The notes below the pieces were generated by a model, which was given only the letters and a program-made list of their open reading frames with translations, had not been told where the DNA came from and made no database searches. From a virus (Duplodnaviria; Caudoviricetes): 61,938 nt of DNA. Where the stretch lies: the IMG/VR virus record IMGVR_UViG_3300025889_000121, positions 1 through 61,938 of that record. The stretch is one strand, 5' to 3'. Below, in pieces: positions 25,331-34,458 of this stretch (its first letter is position 1; each line of letters opens with the position of its first letter). Position numbers and translations under genes: made by a program.

Positions 25331-25807
25331 ATGTCAAGTACAACCTTTTCAGGTCCAGTCACATCCACAGCTGGCTTTAATGGACCAGTCGTAGTAGATA
25401 ATACAACTCTTAACACAGGTGCTGCAGTTACAACAACACTTACTCGTGCTCAATCAGGTACTCTTTTTACTGTTGATGGTACAGGTGATATTGTTGTTAA
25501 TATGCCAGCTCTAAGCACAGATAACCCAGGTACAACCTATGAATTCTTTGTTACTACAGCAGTAGGTGCTGGTACAACAGTAACATTTGTATTACCAGGT
25601 TCAGCAGTATCTAATTTCTACGGTGCTTTATCTCTTATGGGTGGCACAGCTGCTAACCCAGCAAGTGACGTTGCAGGCGATACATTAACTTTAGTAAACT
25701 CAACAGCAGTTAATGCAAGAGTTAAACTAACATGTATCACTGATGATGGTGCTAACTCTACATGGAAAGCTGAAACACTTTCTACACCACTCGCAACTAT
25801 TGCTTAA
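25331..25807 (+). CDS. Virion structural protein (head fibre/decoration-like)
   Basis: MSSTTFSGPV N-terminus; Thr/Gly-rich beta protein; start moved to the ATG at 25331. Confidence 0.65.
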   Translation: MSSTTFSGPVTSTAGFNGPVVVDNTTLNTGAAVTTTLTRAQSGTLFTVDGTGDIVVNMPALSTDNPGTTYEFFVTTAVGAGTTVTFVLPGSAVSNFYGALSLMGGTAANPASDVAGDTLTLVNSTAVNARVKLTCITDDGANSTWKAETLSTPLATIA

Positions 25808-25820
25808 TTAGGAGGCTAAC

Positions 25821-26105
25821 ATGGCACAACAAACCGATGTAAAAGCCGCCACGCAAACTGGGGCAACAGGTACTCCTGTAGGACATCGTGCCAGAGTGAA
25901 GAGTATTCATTATCGTTCAACTGGTACCGCAGGTACTATCGTTCTAAAAGACGGTGGTTCTGGCGGCGCAACTAAGTTAACAGTGAATACTCCAGCCGTG
26001 GTAAGTAGTAACGATGTATTTATTCCAGGTGAGGGAATATTGTTTGAAACTGATGTCTATTGCGCATTAACCAATGCAGACGCAGTGACAATATTCTACG
26101 GTTAA
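25821..26105 (+). CDS. Small virion-module protein
   Basis: RVKSI...IPGEGILFETDVY...VTIFYG. Confidence 0.75.
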   Translation: MAQQTDVKAATQTGATGTPVGHRARVKSIHYRSTGTAGTIVLKDGGSGGATKLTVNTPAVVSSNDVFIPGEGILFETDVYCALTNADAVTIFYG

Positions 26106-26107
26106 TC

Positions 26108-26212
26108 ATGGAAGAAGAACCTGACAAGTCTTTGGAAAAAGAAAGTGAAAAATGCGAAGAAAAGCGTGAAGAACTAAAAAGACTGTGGGAAGCTCTAGGA
26201 GATTGCGTATAA
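26108..26212 (+). CDS. 34-aa peptide (MEEEPDKS...LWEALGDCV)
   Basis: Manual translation; fills the gap and abuts the next ATG. Confidence 0.5.
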   Translation: MEEEPDKSLEKESEKCEEKREELKRLWEALGDCV

Positions 26213-26509
26213 ATGGCAACGACTAAGAAAAAGGGAATGGGGATTAAAACTTCTGTAAAGTCGGGTAACTTTCGCCCGACTAAGCAGGGTGCAGGTATGA
26301 CGAAGAAAGGTGTCGCAGCCTATCGTCGTGCTAATCCTGGTTCTAAATTACAAACCGCTGTTACAGGAAATCCAAAAAAAGGTTCTAAAGATGCTAAACG
26401 ACGTAAGTCGTTCTGTGCTCGTTCTGCAGGTCAAATGAAAGATTTTCCAAAAGCAGCAAAAGACCCTAATTCAAGATTACGTCAAGCGCGTAGAAGGTGG
26501 AAATGTTAA
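26213..26509 (+). CDS. Basic conserved phage protein (DUF6321-like)
   Basis: GMTKKG...NPGSKL...RRKSFCARS...SRLRQARRRWKC. Confidence 0.75.
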   Translation: MATTKKKGMGIKTSVKSGNFRPTKQGAGMTKKGVAAYRRANPGSKLQTAVTGNPKKGSKDAKRRKSFCARSAGQMKDFPKAAKDPNSRLRQARRRWKC

Positions 26510-26510
26510 A

Positions 26511-26732
26511 ATGGAAAAAGTGCAAGAAGCTGTAGCAGTTCATTCAGCGGAGATAGATCATATGAAACGTGATATAGATCACATTATGGTAAAAGTTGAT
26601 AAGATGGATACCAAAATAGATAATATTGAAAAAGTGCTGTCTGAGCTTAGTGGAGGTAAGAAAGTCGCTATGTATATGTTCAGCGGATTTGCTGCTGCTA
26701 TAGCATTTATAGCCGGGTACTGGATGAAATAA
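26511..26732 (+). CDS. Coiled-coil protein with C-terminal TM (XhlA/holin-like)
   Basis: Heptad N-terminus and hydrophobic C-terminus. Confidence 0.6.
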   Translation: MEKVQEAVAVHSAEIDHMKRDIDHIMVKVDKMDTKIDNIEKVLSELSGGKKVAMYMFSGFAAAIAFIAGYWMK

Positions 26733-26733
26733 T

Positions 26734-26895
26734 ATGTTTAAATTTTTAAAAGAACTCTTTGTATGCAAACCAGAAGTAGCTGTTCAAACTGAAGAAGAAC
26801 CTGTAAAACCTGTGCAAGGCAAAAAGTTTGATGCTAAGAAACACAGAGAATACATTAAAGCTTTAGAAAGAGAACGCGATGCCGGCAAAAAGTAA
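26734..26895 (+). CDS. 53-aa hypothetical protein
   Basis: Manual translation MFKFLKELFVCK... Confidence 0.55.
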   Translation: MFKFLKELFVCKPEVAVQTEEEPVKPVQGKKFDAKKHREYIKALERERDAGKK

Positions 26896-27013
26896 AAAGC
26901 AAAAAAAGTTTATGCAAGCCGTGGCTAATAATCCTAAGTTTGCTAAGAAGGTAGGCGTACCACAAAAGGTAGGCAAAGAATTTACTAAAAAGAAAAAGAC
27001 TAGGAGAAAATAA
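26879..27013 (+). CDS. 44-aa Lys-rich protein (MPAKSKKQKKFMQAVANNPKFAKKVGVPQ...)
   Basis: Manual translation; abuts the next ATG. Confidence 0.75.
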   Translation: MPAKSKKQKKFMQAVANNPKFAKKVGVPQKVGKEFTKKKKTRRK

Positions 27014-27463
27014 ATGGGTAGTTCAACAAAGCAGCAAAAAGATGATCAAGTTATGGATGCTAAAACAAAAAAAGCAGCTGAAGACGTTAAGAAAAGAGAC
27101 ACAGAAGAAAATAGAAGTTTTAGAGAAAGTATACTTAACGCAATTACGCCGGAATTTTTAAAAACGCAAAAGAAAAAAAATAAAGATTTGGAAGATGCGG
27201 CAAAAGAGTTGCGCTGTGGTGGTCGGGTTCATAAAAAAGCTGAAGGCGGTATGCTAAAAACACCAGACAATCCAGGCTTAAAAAAATTACCTGAAAGTGT
27301 TCGTAATAATATGGGGTATATGAAAAAAGGCGGTAAAGTTAAAAAGGGTTATCATCGTATGCCAGATGGGAAAGTTATGAAAGATTCAGCTCATAAAAAA
27401 CAATCTAAGTGTAAACGTGATGGCATTTGTGTTCGTGGTAAAACAAAAGGAAGGATGGTGTAA
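27014..27463 (+). CDS. Basic putative internal virion protein
   Basis: xxxGG motifs; C-terminal RDGICVRGKTKGRMV. Confidence 0.7.
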   Translation: MGSSTKQQKDDQVMDAKTKKAAEDVKKRDTEENRSFRESILNAITPEFLKTQKKKNKDLEDAAKELRCGGRVHKKAEGGMLKTPDNPGLKKLPESVRNNMGYMKKGGKVKKGYHRMPDGKVMKDSAHKKQSKCKRDGICVRGKTKGRMV

Positions 27464-27465
27464 TT

Positions 27466-27825
27466 ATGGCTGATCCAGATAAAAAAGAAAAAAAGTCTTT
27501 ATCAGAAAGAATAAAAGACGCACAAAACGCTAAAGAAACTTTTGCTAGTGGATATGAACGTGGAGTTCGTTCTGGACTTAAAGGCCCTTTTAAAAGAAAA
27601 TTAGATGAGCTTCTAACTGAAGCATTACCTGGATATGTTAAAGAAGGGAAAGGGCATAAAGGGTATGAAAAAGGCGTAGAAGATGCTGCAAAAGCTAGAG
27701 AATATAAAGAAAAAGAAAAGAAAAAATATGGCGGTAAAATTAAAATGAAACGCGGCGGTTCAGTAAAAGCACATCGTGGTGATGGTATCTGTAAAAAAGG
27801 TAGAACAAAAGGACGCTTCATATGA
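27466..27825 (+). CDS. Basic putative internal virion protein
   Basis: MKRGGSV; C-terminal RGDGICKKGRTKGRFI. Confidence 0.7.
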   Translation: MADPDKKEKKSLSERIKDAQNAKETFASGYERGVRSGLKGPFKRKLDELLTEALPGYVKEGKGHKGYEKGVEDAAKAREYKEKEKKKYGGKIKMKRGGSVKAHRGDGICKKGRTKGRFI

Positions 27826-27989
27826 TGGCCTGTCGTGGCATGGGTAAAATTAAAAAGCCCGTTGCTCTTAAAAAAGGTGGCTCAGTTAAAGATGCTTGCT
27901 ACAAAAAAGTAAAAGCTCAGTATAAGGTATTTCCTAGCGCTTATGCTTCAGGAGCTATTGCTAAGTGTAGAAAAAACAGAGGAAAATAA
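27822..27989 (+). CDS. 55-aa basic protein (..KDACYKKVKAQYKVFPSAYASGAIAKCRK..)
   Basis: Manual translation; coupled at both ends. Confidence 0.75.
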   Translation: MMACRGMGKIKKPVALKKGGSVKDACYKKVKAQYKVFPSAYASGAIAKCRKNRGK

Positions 27990-28267
27990 TGGCAGTTCGC
28001 AAGACAGCTAAAGGCGCTGCACTTAAACGCTGGTTCAAAGAAGAATGGAAAGATGTAAGAACCGGTAAAGCCTGTGGTCGCAGTAAAGGAGAGTCTCGAG
28101 GTACTCCCTATTGTAGACCTAGCAAACGTGTGTCTAATAAGACTCCTAAAACATCAGGAGAGATGACCACCGCAGAGAAACGTTCGCGAATAGCGCAAAA
28201 GAAAAGCTTGGGGCAACCTGCAGGTAAACCCCGTAGAGTTGCGTCTCTTAAACGAAAAAAGAAATAG
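27989..28267 (+). CDS. Basic conserved viral protein
   Basis: LKRWFKEEW.DV..GKACGR...PYCRPSKRVS..TPKT. Confidence 0.75.
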   Translation: MAVRKTAKGAALKRWFKEEWKDVRTGKACGRSKGESRGTPYCRPSKRVSNKTPKTSGEMTTAEKRSRIAQKKSLGQPAGKPRRVASLKRKKK

Positions 28268-28276
28268 GAGATTATT

Positions 28277-28393
28277 ATGGAATGGAATTGGGAACACTGG
28301 GCAGCGTTAGTTGTCTGGACATGGGTTTGGGAAAAATGGGTTTCTCATCACTGGCATGACGTATGGGGATGGATGACAAGCTGGTGGCACTAA
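28277..28393 (+). CDS. 38-aa Trp/His-rich peptide
   Basis: MEWNWEHWAALVVWTWVWEKWVSHHWHDVWGWMTSWWH; AGGAG RBS 6 nt upstream. Confidence 0.7.
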   Translation: MEWNWEHWAALVVWTWVWEKWVSHHWHDVWGWMTSWWH

Positions 28394-28406
28394 TTAAATA
28401 GTTTCA

Positions 28407-28598
28407 ATGAACAAGAAAGATTTTATAACTTATTTAATTATTGTTTTTATTACAGCAGTGCTTTGGTATGCTGTAGAAACAAGAGCAAACGTTTTTTTAA
28501 AAAACGAACCTATATACATAACAGGTGATTCATGTGGTGGAAGAATGTATACAGACTGGCCCTGCATGAATCATGCTGGTTGTATAAAATTAGGATAA
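28407..28598 (+). CDS. Small membrane-anchored or exported Cys-containing protein
   Basis: Basic N-terminus plus TM; 3 Cys. Confidence 0.6.
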   Translation: MNKKDFITYLIIVFITAVLWYAVETRANVFLKNEPIYITGDSCGGRMYTDWPCMNHAGCIKLG

Positions 28599-28602
28599 TA
28601 AT

Positions 28603-29283
28603 ATGGCAACTTCAGGAACAACAACATTTAATCCAGATCTCAACGAGATTGTAGAAGAAGCATTTGAAAGATGTGGTGCTGAACTTAGAACTGGATATGA
28701 CTTAAGAACTGCAAGACGCAGTTTAAATTTGCTTACAGCAGAGTGGGCAAACAGAGGCGTTAATCTTTGGACAATCGAAGAAGGCACAGTTAGTTTAGTC
28801 TCGGGTACTGCAACTTATAATCTACCTACTGACACCATTGATATTATTGAACAAGTTATTAGGACAGGTTCAGGTACTACTCAAAACGATATTAATATTA
28901 ATCGAATCTCAGCTCCTACATGGGGATTAATTCCAAATAAAAATAGCACAGGCAAACCAATACAGGTGTGGGTAAACAGACAAGTAACTCAACCTACTAT
29001 TAATGTATGGCCTGTACCTGATACAAACAATTACACGTTTGTGTATTGGAAACTAAAAAGATTAGATGATGCAGGTAACGGTGTTAATACGCAAGAAATA
29101 CCATTTAGGTTTTACCCTTGTTTAGTTGCAGGATTAGCGTATTATTTAAGTTTAAAAATACCAGGTGCAGTAGATAGAATGCAAATGTTAAAACAAGAGT
29201 ATGAAGAACAATGGATGTTAGCATCTACTGAAGATAGAGAAAAAGCTGATTTAAGACTCGCACCTAGGTATCAGCATATATAG
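28603..29283 (+). CDS. Head-tail adaptor/neck protein (putative)
   Basis: EAFERCG...WANRGVNLW...WPVPD...CLVAGLAYY. Confidence 0.7.
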   Translation: MATSGTTTFNPDLNEIVEEAFERCGAELRTGYDLRTARRSLNLLTAEWANRGVNLWTIEEGTVSLVSGTATYNLPTDTIDIIEQVIRTGSGTTQNDININRISAPTWGLIPNKNSTGKPIQVWVNRQVTQPTINVWPVPDTNNYTFVYWKLKRLDDAGNGVNTQEIPFRFYPCLVAGLAYYLSLKIPGAVDRMQMLKQEYEEQWMLASTEDREKADLRLAPRYQHI

Positions 29284-29291
29284 GGGCAAAC

Positions 29292-29645
29292 ATGGGTAGA
29301 CGATATACCTCTGGCAAACATGCAATCGCAGATTGTGATAGATGTGGGTTTCAATATAAATTAAAAGAGTTAAAGTCTTTATATGTTAGAACTACAGATA
29401 CTCACATAAAAGTTTGTAAAAATTGTTGGGAACCAGATCACCCACAAAATATGCAGGGTATGTATCCTGTTGATGATCCGCAGGCAGTGCAAGATCCAAG
29501 ACCTGATACAAATTTAGTGGATTCGCGTAACTATCAGTGGGGTTGGGATCCAGTAGGACTTAATAATTCATTGCAATTAACAGGACTAGAAGATAATTTA
29601 GAAGCGACAGGGGCAATAGGAACTGTTACAGTAACAACTACTTAG
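29292..29645 (+). CDS. Conserved Zn-binding virion-module protein
   Basis: CDRCGF...VCKNCWEPDHPQ...DPQA..DPRPD. Confidence 0.75.
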   Translation: MGRRYTSGKHAIADCDRCGFQYKLKELKSLYVRTTDTHIKVCKNCWEPDHPQNMQGMYPVDDPQAVQDPRPDTNLVDSRNYQWGWDPVGLNNSLQLTGLEDNLEATGAIGTVTVTTT

Positions 29646-29654
29646 GAGTATAAT

Positions 29655-29822
29655 ATGAACAACGATAGAAAAGGATGTAAACCAAGTTATAAACAGCCTC
29701 AACCAGGACCCGCAGTTAATTCAAATGGCTATCCTGAAAAGGATGTCAAAACATCTGGTGTTAAAATCAGAGGTACAGGCGCTGCTACAAAAGGTACAAT
29801 GGCTCGTGGGCCTATGGCATAA
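29655..29822 (+). CDS. 55-aa protein ending RGTGAATKGTMARGPMA
   Basis: Manual translation; AGGAG RBS. Confidence 0.75.
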   Translation: MNNDRKGCKPSYKQPQPGPAVNSNGYPEKDVKTSGVKIRGTGAATKGTMARGPMA

Positions 29823-29831
29823 GGATAAACA

Positions 29832-30476
29832 ATGGCGGCTTTAACATATGCACAACTCGTAGCTGAAGTACAAAGCTATACTGAGAACCAGTTTAGTACA
29901 ACTGATATTGATACGTTTATTAAACAAGCGGAAGAACGCATTTATAATACAGTGCAGATTCCAGACTTACGACGTAATCAAGTAGGCACAACGACAACAG
30001 GTAATAAATATTTAACTACGCCTTCTGATTGGCTTGCAACTTATAGTTTAGCTGTGATTGATAGCAACAATGAATACACTTATCTTTTAAATAAAGATGT
30101 TAATTTTATAAGGGAATCTTTTCCTGATACGGACGCTGCTTTTTATGGGAAACCTAAATACTATGGTATTTTCGATGATAACACATTTATTCTCGGGCCT
30201 ACGCCAGACGATAATTATACTGTTGAGCTGCACTTTTTTTATTATCCCCCTTCTATTGTTACTGCTGGGACTACTTGGCTTGGGAACAATTTTAGTAGTG
30301 CTTTACTATATGGAACTCTTTTGGAAGCGGCTACTTACATGAAAGAAGAAGCTGATATTTTAGCTAATTATAATCAACGTTATACAGATGCTTTATCAAT
30401 GCTTAAACAACTAGGCGATGGTAAAGACAGAACAGATGCATATAGAACTGGACAGGCTCGATACCCTGTTCAATAA
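29832..30476 (+). CDS. Tail tubular/adaptor protein (putative)
   Basis: TYAQL...FIKQAEERI...GKPKYY...GPTPD...LLYGTL. Confidence 0.7.
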   Translation: MAALTYAQLVAEVQSYTENQFSTTDIDTFIKQAEERIYNTVQIPDLRRNQVGTTTTGNKYLTTPSDWLATYSLAVIDSNNEYTYLLNKDVNFIRESFPDTDAAFYGKPKYYGIFDDNTFILGPTPDDNYTVELHFFYYPPSIVTAGTTWLGNNFSSALLYGTLLEAATYMKEEADILANYNQRYTDALSMLKQLGDGKDRTDAYRTGQARYPVQ

Positions 30477-30488
30477 GAAAGGAGAGGT

Positions 30489-30764
30489 ATGAATATTGAT
30501 GGATTAATGAATTATGAAGTACATACAACGCATGGTCGAGGCCATACGCCCGAAGAAATAGCAGAGTTTGCATTAAGCAAAATCATGTATGTAAGTAAAG
30601 ATGCAAACCCTTTAATTAGGGATCAAGCAGAAGCTTTTAGAGACTATATCAGAAAGGTTTTGGTAGAAGCTCTAAAATCAGCGGTAGAGTCTGACCGCGT
30701 AACATTAGCGAATAGATTGCGAGAAGCAGGACATTCAGAAATAATTAAACTATTGGAGAATTAA
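30489..30764 (+). CDS. Hypothetical protein
   Basis: TTHGRGHTPEE...IRDQAEAF. Confidence 0.75.
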   Translation: MNIDGLMNYEVHTTHGRGHTPEEIAEFALSKIMYVSKDANPLIRDQAEAFRDYIRKVLVEALKSAVESDRVTLANRLREAGHSEIIKLLEN

Positions 30765-30765
30765 A

Positions 30766-31260
30766 ATGGCAATTTCACAAGCAATGTGTACGTCGTTTAA
30801 AGTGGATATCTTAAGTGGGGGACACAACTTTAATACGACCAATAGAGCTTTAAGTTCTAACACACAAGATACATTTAAAATAGCTTTGTATACATCGTCA
30901 GCAACATTAGGTGATAGTACAACAGCATATACAGCCCCATCAGATGGCACAGCAGATCCTACAGATACTAATGAAGTTACAAGTACAGGTACAAACTACA
31001 CTACAGGCGGTAATACACTTACTGTTGGTACAATACCTCAGTCTAGTTCAACAACAGCTTTTCTAGGATTTAGTAATACGTCATGGTCTAGTGCAACTAT
31101 TACAGCACGAGGAGCATTAATTTATAACTCTTCTAATAGTAATAAATCTGTAGCAGTTTTAGACTTTGGTGGAGACAAAACATCAACATCGGGAACATTT
31201 ACAATTAACTTCCCAACTGCTGATGCTACAAGCGCTATTATTAGAATAACTGCTCCATAA
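30766..31260 (+). CDS. Virion fibre/filament subunit (putative)
   Basis: FKIALYTSSATL...YTTGG.TL...ARGALIYN...VLDFGGDK. Confidence 0.65.
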   Translation: MAISQAMCTSFKVDILSGGHNFNTTNRALSSNTQDTFKIALYTSSATLGDSTTAYTAPSDGTADPTDTNEVTSTGTNYTTGGNTLTVGTIPQSSSTTAFLGFSNTSWSSATITARGALIYNSSNSNKSVAVLDFGGDKTSTSGTFTINFPTADATSAIIRITAP

Positions 31261-31272
31261 TAGGAGGTTAAT

Positions 31273-31788
31273 ATGGCTCTTGTTTTAAAAGACAGAGTAA
31301 AAGAGACCACAACTTCGACTGGTACTACTACCATTACGCTTGCTGGCGCCGTTACAGATTTTCAATCTTTTTCAGCCATAGGCGACGGTAATACTACGTA
31401 TTACACGATAGCTCTATCAAATGGAGATGAGTGGGAAGTAGGTCTAGGTCAATATACGGCATCAGGTACTACTTTATCTCGTGATACAGTCCTAGCTTCC
31501 TCTAACTCTGGTAGTTTAGTTAATTTTTCTGCGGGCACTAAAGATGTTTTTTGTGTGTATCCTGCAGGTAAATCCGTGTATTCTGATAGCAACGGAGATG
31601 TTGATGTGTCTGGTGAAATCACTGGACAAGAAATGACAGCTTCAAACGGATTATTTGTTAATAATAAAACAGTAGGCTCAGACTATACAATTCCTACTGG
31701 ATATAATGCAACGAGCACAGGCCCCATGACTGTAACTTCAGGCGTTACAGTTACCATTCCAACAGGATCAAGATGGCTGGTGCTCTAA
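31273..31788 (+). CDS. Tail-associated structural protein
   Basis: DRVKET...EWEVG.G...LSRDTV...GTKDVF. Confidence 0.7.
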   Translation: MALVLKDRVKETTTSTGTTTITLAGAVTDFQSFSAIGDGNTTYYTIALSNGDEWEVGLGQYTASGTTLSRDTVLASSNSGSLVNFSAGTKDVFCVYPAGKSVYSDSNGDVDVSGEITGQEMTASNGLFVNNKTVGSDYTIPTGYNATSTGPMTVTSGVTVTIPTGSRWLVL

Positions 31789-33072
31789 ATGTTTTCAGAC
31801 AGCCCTTTTTCTAGTGCCCCGTTTTCCTCACTAGGGGGAACATCAGTTGAGGTCGCTGTTACTGGCGTTACGGCTGAAGGTGTATTAGGAGAAGAAACAG
31901 TATCTGCTGGTGCTATTGTAGCGGTTACCGGCGTTACGGCTGAAGGTGTATTAGATAGTGTAACTATAACAGCAAGTGCTACTGTAAGTGTCACCGGAGT
32001 GACCGCTGAAGGCACACTTGGCGAAGAGACAGTCACAGGTGATGCAAGCGTCACTTTAACTGGAGTAACTGCCGAAGGTGTTATTGATGATGTAACCATC
32101 ACTGGCGATGCAAGCGTCACTTTAACTGGAGTAACTGCCGAAGGTGTTATTGATGATGTAACCATCACTGGCGATGCAAGCGTCACTTTAACTGGAGTAA
32201 CTGCCGAAGGTGTACTAGGCGATGTAGAAGTAGAAGTTGGTATTCCTGTAACAGGAGTTACTGCTGAAGGTGATATAGGCACAGCCACTGTTTCTGGTAG
32301 TGCTACTGTAAGTGTTACTGGAGTAACTGCTGAAGGCACACTAGGCGAAGAGACTATTTCTGGTGGGGCTACTGTAGATGTTACTGGCGTTACAGCTGAA
32401 GGCGTTATTGATGATGTAACCATAACAGCAGGCGCTACTGTAGATGTTACCGGCGTTACAGCTGAAGGAACCCTAGGCGAAGAAACTGTTTCTGGTGATG
32501 CTACTGTAAGTGTTACTGGAGTTACTGCTGAAGGCGTTATCGATGATGTAACCATAACAGCAGGCGCTACTGTAAGTGTCACTGGAGTTACAGCTGAAGG
32601 CACACTCGGTGAAGAGACAGTCACAGGGGATGCAAGTGTAACTTTAACAGGAGTTACAGCTGAAGGTGATGTAGGTGATGTAACAGTAGAAGTAATAACT
32701 ACTGTAGATGTTACAGGCGTTACAGCTGAAGGCACACTTGGCGAAGAGACAGTCACAGGTGATGCAAGTGTAACTTTAACAGGGGTTACAGCTGAAGGTG
32801 TTCTTGGTGAAGAAACAGTTACCGGCGATGCTATTGTAAGTGTTACTGAAGTAACTGCTAGTGGTGTTATAGGAACTGTATCCGTAACCAGTAATGCTAT
32901 CGTAAATGTTACAGGTGTTGTTGGGGTAGTTAATTTAAATACAGTGTTAGTGTGGACTGATATTGACGATAGCCAAAGTGCTGGATGGGTTGATATTAAT
33001 GACTCACAAACAAACAGCTGGTCAGATGTGAATACGTCACAAACACCAAACTGGCTAGATATAGCCGCATAA
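31789..33072 (+). CDS. Acidic ~22-aa-repeat structural protein
   Basis: 15 exact TGVTAEG cores; Trp repeats at the C-terminus. Confidence 0.85.
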   Translation: MFSDSPFSSAPFSSLGGTSVEVAVTGVTAEGVLGEETVSAGAIVAVTGVTAEGVLDSVTITASATVSVTGVTAEGTLGEETVTGDASVTLTGVTAEGVIDDVTITGDASVTLTGVTAEGVIDDVTITGDASVTLTGVTAEGVLGDVEVEVGIPVTGVTAEGDIGTATVSGSATVSVTGVTAEGTLGEETISGGATVDVTGVTAEGVIDDVTITAGATVDVTGVTAEGTLGEETVSGDATVSVTGVTAEGVIDDVTITAGATVSVTGVTAEGTLGEETVTGDASVTLTGVTAEGDVGDVTVEVITTVDVTGVTAEGTLGEETVTGDASVTLTGVTAEGVLGEETVTGDAIVSVTEVTASGVIGTVSVTSNAIVNVTGVVGVVNLNTVLVWTDIDDSQSAGWVDINDSQTNSWSDVNTSQTPNWLDIAA

Positions 33073-33081
33073 GGAGATAAT

Positions 33082-33285
33082 ATGATAGTAGAAGCAAAAA
33101 CTTTAGAAGACGGAACCGTCGTTAATAAATATGAAACTTATTTAGAGTGTGCAAATTGTAGTATGGAAGTTGATGCAGAAGAATATAATTCTGGTACATG
33201 TTCTGATTGTGGAGAACCTTGGAATGAAAAAAAACACATTACAGTCTATGTAACGAGTCTTCCAATGGGCGGAGAATCAAGTTAA
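33082..33285 (+). CDS. Zn-ribbon protein
   Basis: CANC...CSDCG; AAGGAG RBS. Confidence 0.75.
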   Translation: MIVEAKTLEDGTVVNKYETYLECANCSMEVDAEEYNSGTCSDCGEPWNEKKHITVYVTSLPMGGESS

Positions 33286-33311
33286 AATAATGATAATTAA
33301 AGGATTAAATT

Positions 33312-34457
33312 ATGCCTAGTACTTATTCAAATTTAAAAATAGAACTTGTTGCTACAGGAGAACAGTCCGGTACCTGGGGTACGACTACAAATACTAACTT
33401 AGGTACGGCAGTTGAAGAAGCTATTACAGGCTCTGCTAACGTTGCATTCTCAAGTGGTGATGTCACTATTTCTTTATCAAATACCAATGCCTCTCAAACA
33501 GCACGAAACTTACGACTTAATTTAACAGGCACGTCAGGCGGTGCTAGAGTTCTTACTGTTCCAGCAATTGAAAAACAATACATAGTTAATAATGGTCTTG
33601 CTGATGCTTGTACAGTTAAAAACTCAACAGGTACAGGGATTGCTGTTCCAGCAGGTAAAACAATGGTGTTATTTAATGATGGCACTAATGTTGTTGATGC
33701 CACAACACACTTATCTTCTTTAACTTTATCAACTGATTTAGCTGTAGCGGATGGTGGTACCGGTGCTTCTGATGCAGCGACTGCTAGAACTAATTTAGGT
33801 TTAGGCACGATGGCCACACAAAACGGTACTTCCGTTTCTATTTCTGGTGGATCTGCTACTGGGCTATCTAATTTAACCACTACAAACTTTACTGCTTCAG
33901 GCACAGCAACCTCATCAGGTACACTAGCAGTCACTGGAGGACTTACATTAGATGGTGCAGCGGGTACAGCAGGACAGTTTTTAACCTCAGCAGGAGCAGG
34001 CAATACTCCTACATGGACTACACTAACGGCATTTGTATCTGGCATGATTATGTTGTGGTCAGGTTCTACAGGAACTATACCTAGTGGTTGGGCATTGTGT
34101 GATGGAACAAGTGGCACTCCTGATTTAAGAGATAGATTTGTAGTAGGTGCAGGTAGCACTTATGCAGTAGATGCAACAGGTGGTAGTGCAGATGCTATTA
34201 CTGTTAGCCATACGCATACATTAACTGATTCTGGACATACTCATGGTGCTGGTAGTTATCAAATTAATACAGGTGGTGATGCTGCTCAAAATTCAACTAA
34301 TGGAGCTGTATTTAGGAGTACTATTCAAACAGCAACGTCAGTCACGGGAACGTCAGCTTCCGCAACAACTGGCATAAGTATTGCTTCAGCAGGCTCTAGT
34401 GGGACTAATGCTAATTTACCTCCTTACTATGCTCTTGCATACATAATGAAGACTTAA
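33312..34457 (+). CDS. Tail fibre with tail-collar-like domain
   Basis: GEQSGTWG N-terminal anchor; GMIMLWSG...PSGWALCDG...PDLRDRFVVGAG; NLPPYYALAYIMK. Confidence 0.85.
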   Translation: MPSTYSNLKIELVATGEQSGTWGTTTNTNLGTAVEEAITGSANVAFSSGDVTISLSNTNASQTARNLRLNLTGTSGGARVLTVPAIEKQYIVNNGLADACTVKNSTGTGIAVPAGKTMVLFNDGTNVVDATTHLSSLTLSTDLAVADGGTGASDAATARTNLGLGTMATQNGTSVSISGGSATGLSNLTTTNFTASGTATSSGTLAVTGGLTLDGAAGTAGQFLTSAGAGNTPTWTTLTAFVSGMIMLWSGSTGTIPSGWALCDGTSGTPDLRDRFVVGAGSTYAVDATGGSADAITVSHTHTLTDSGHTHGAGSYQINTGGDAAQNSTNGAVFRSTIQTATSVTGTSASATTGISIASAGSSGTNANLPPYYALAYIMKT

Positions 34458-34458
34458 T

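Noticed and set aside
31785-32756. 323-aa minus-strand repeat ORF
   Set aside because: Antisense shadow of the repetitive plus-strand gene; opposes operon direction
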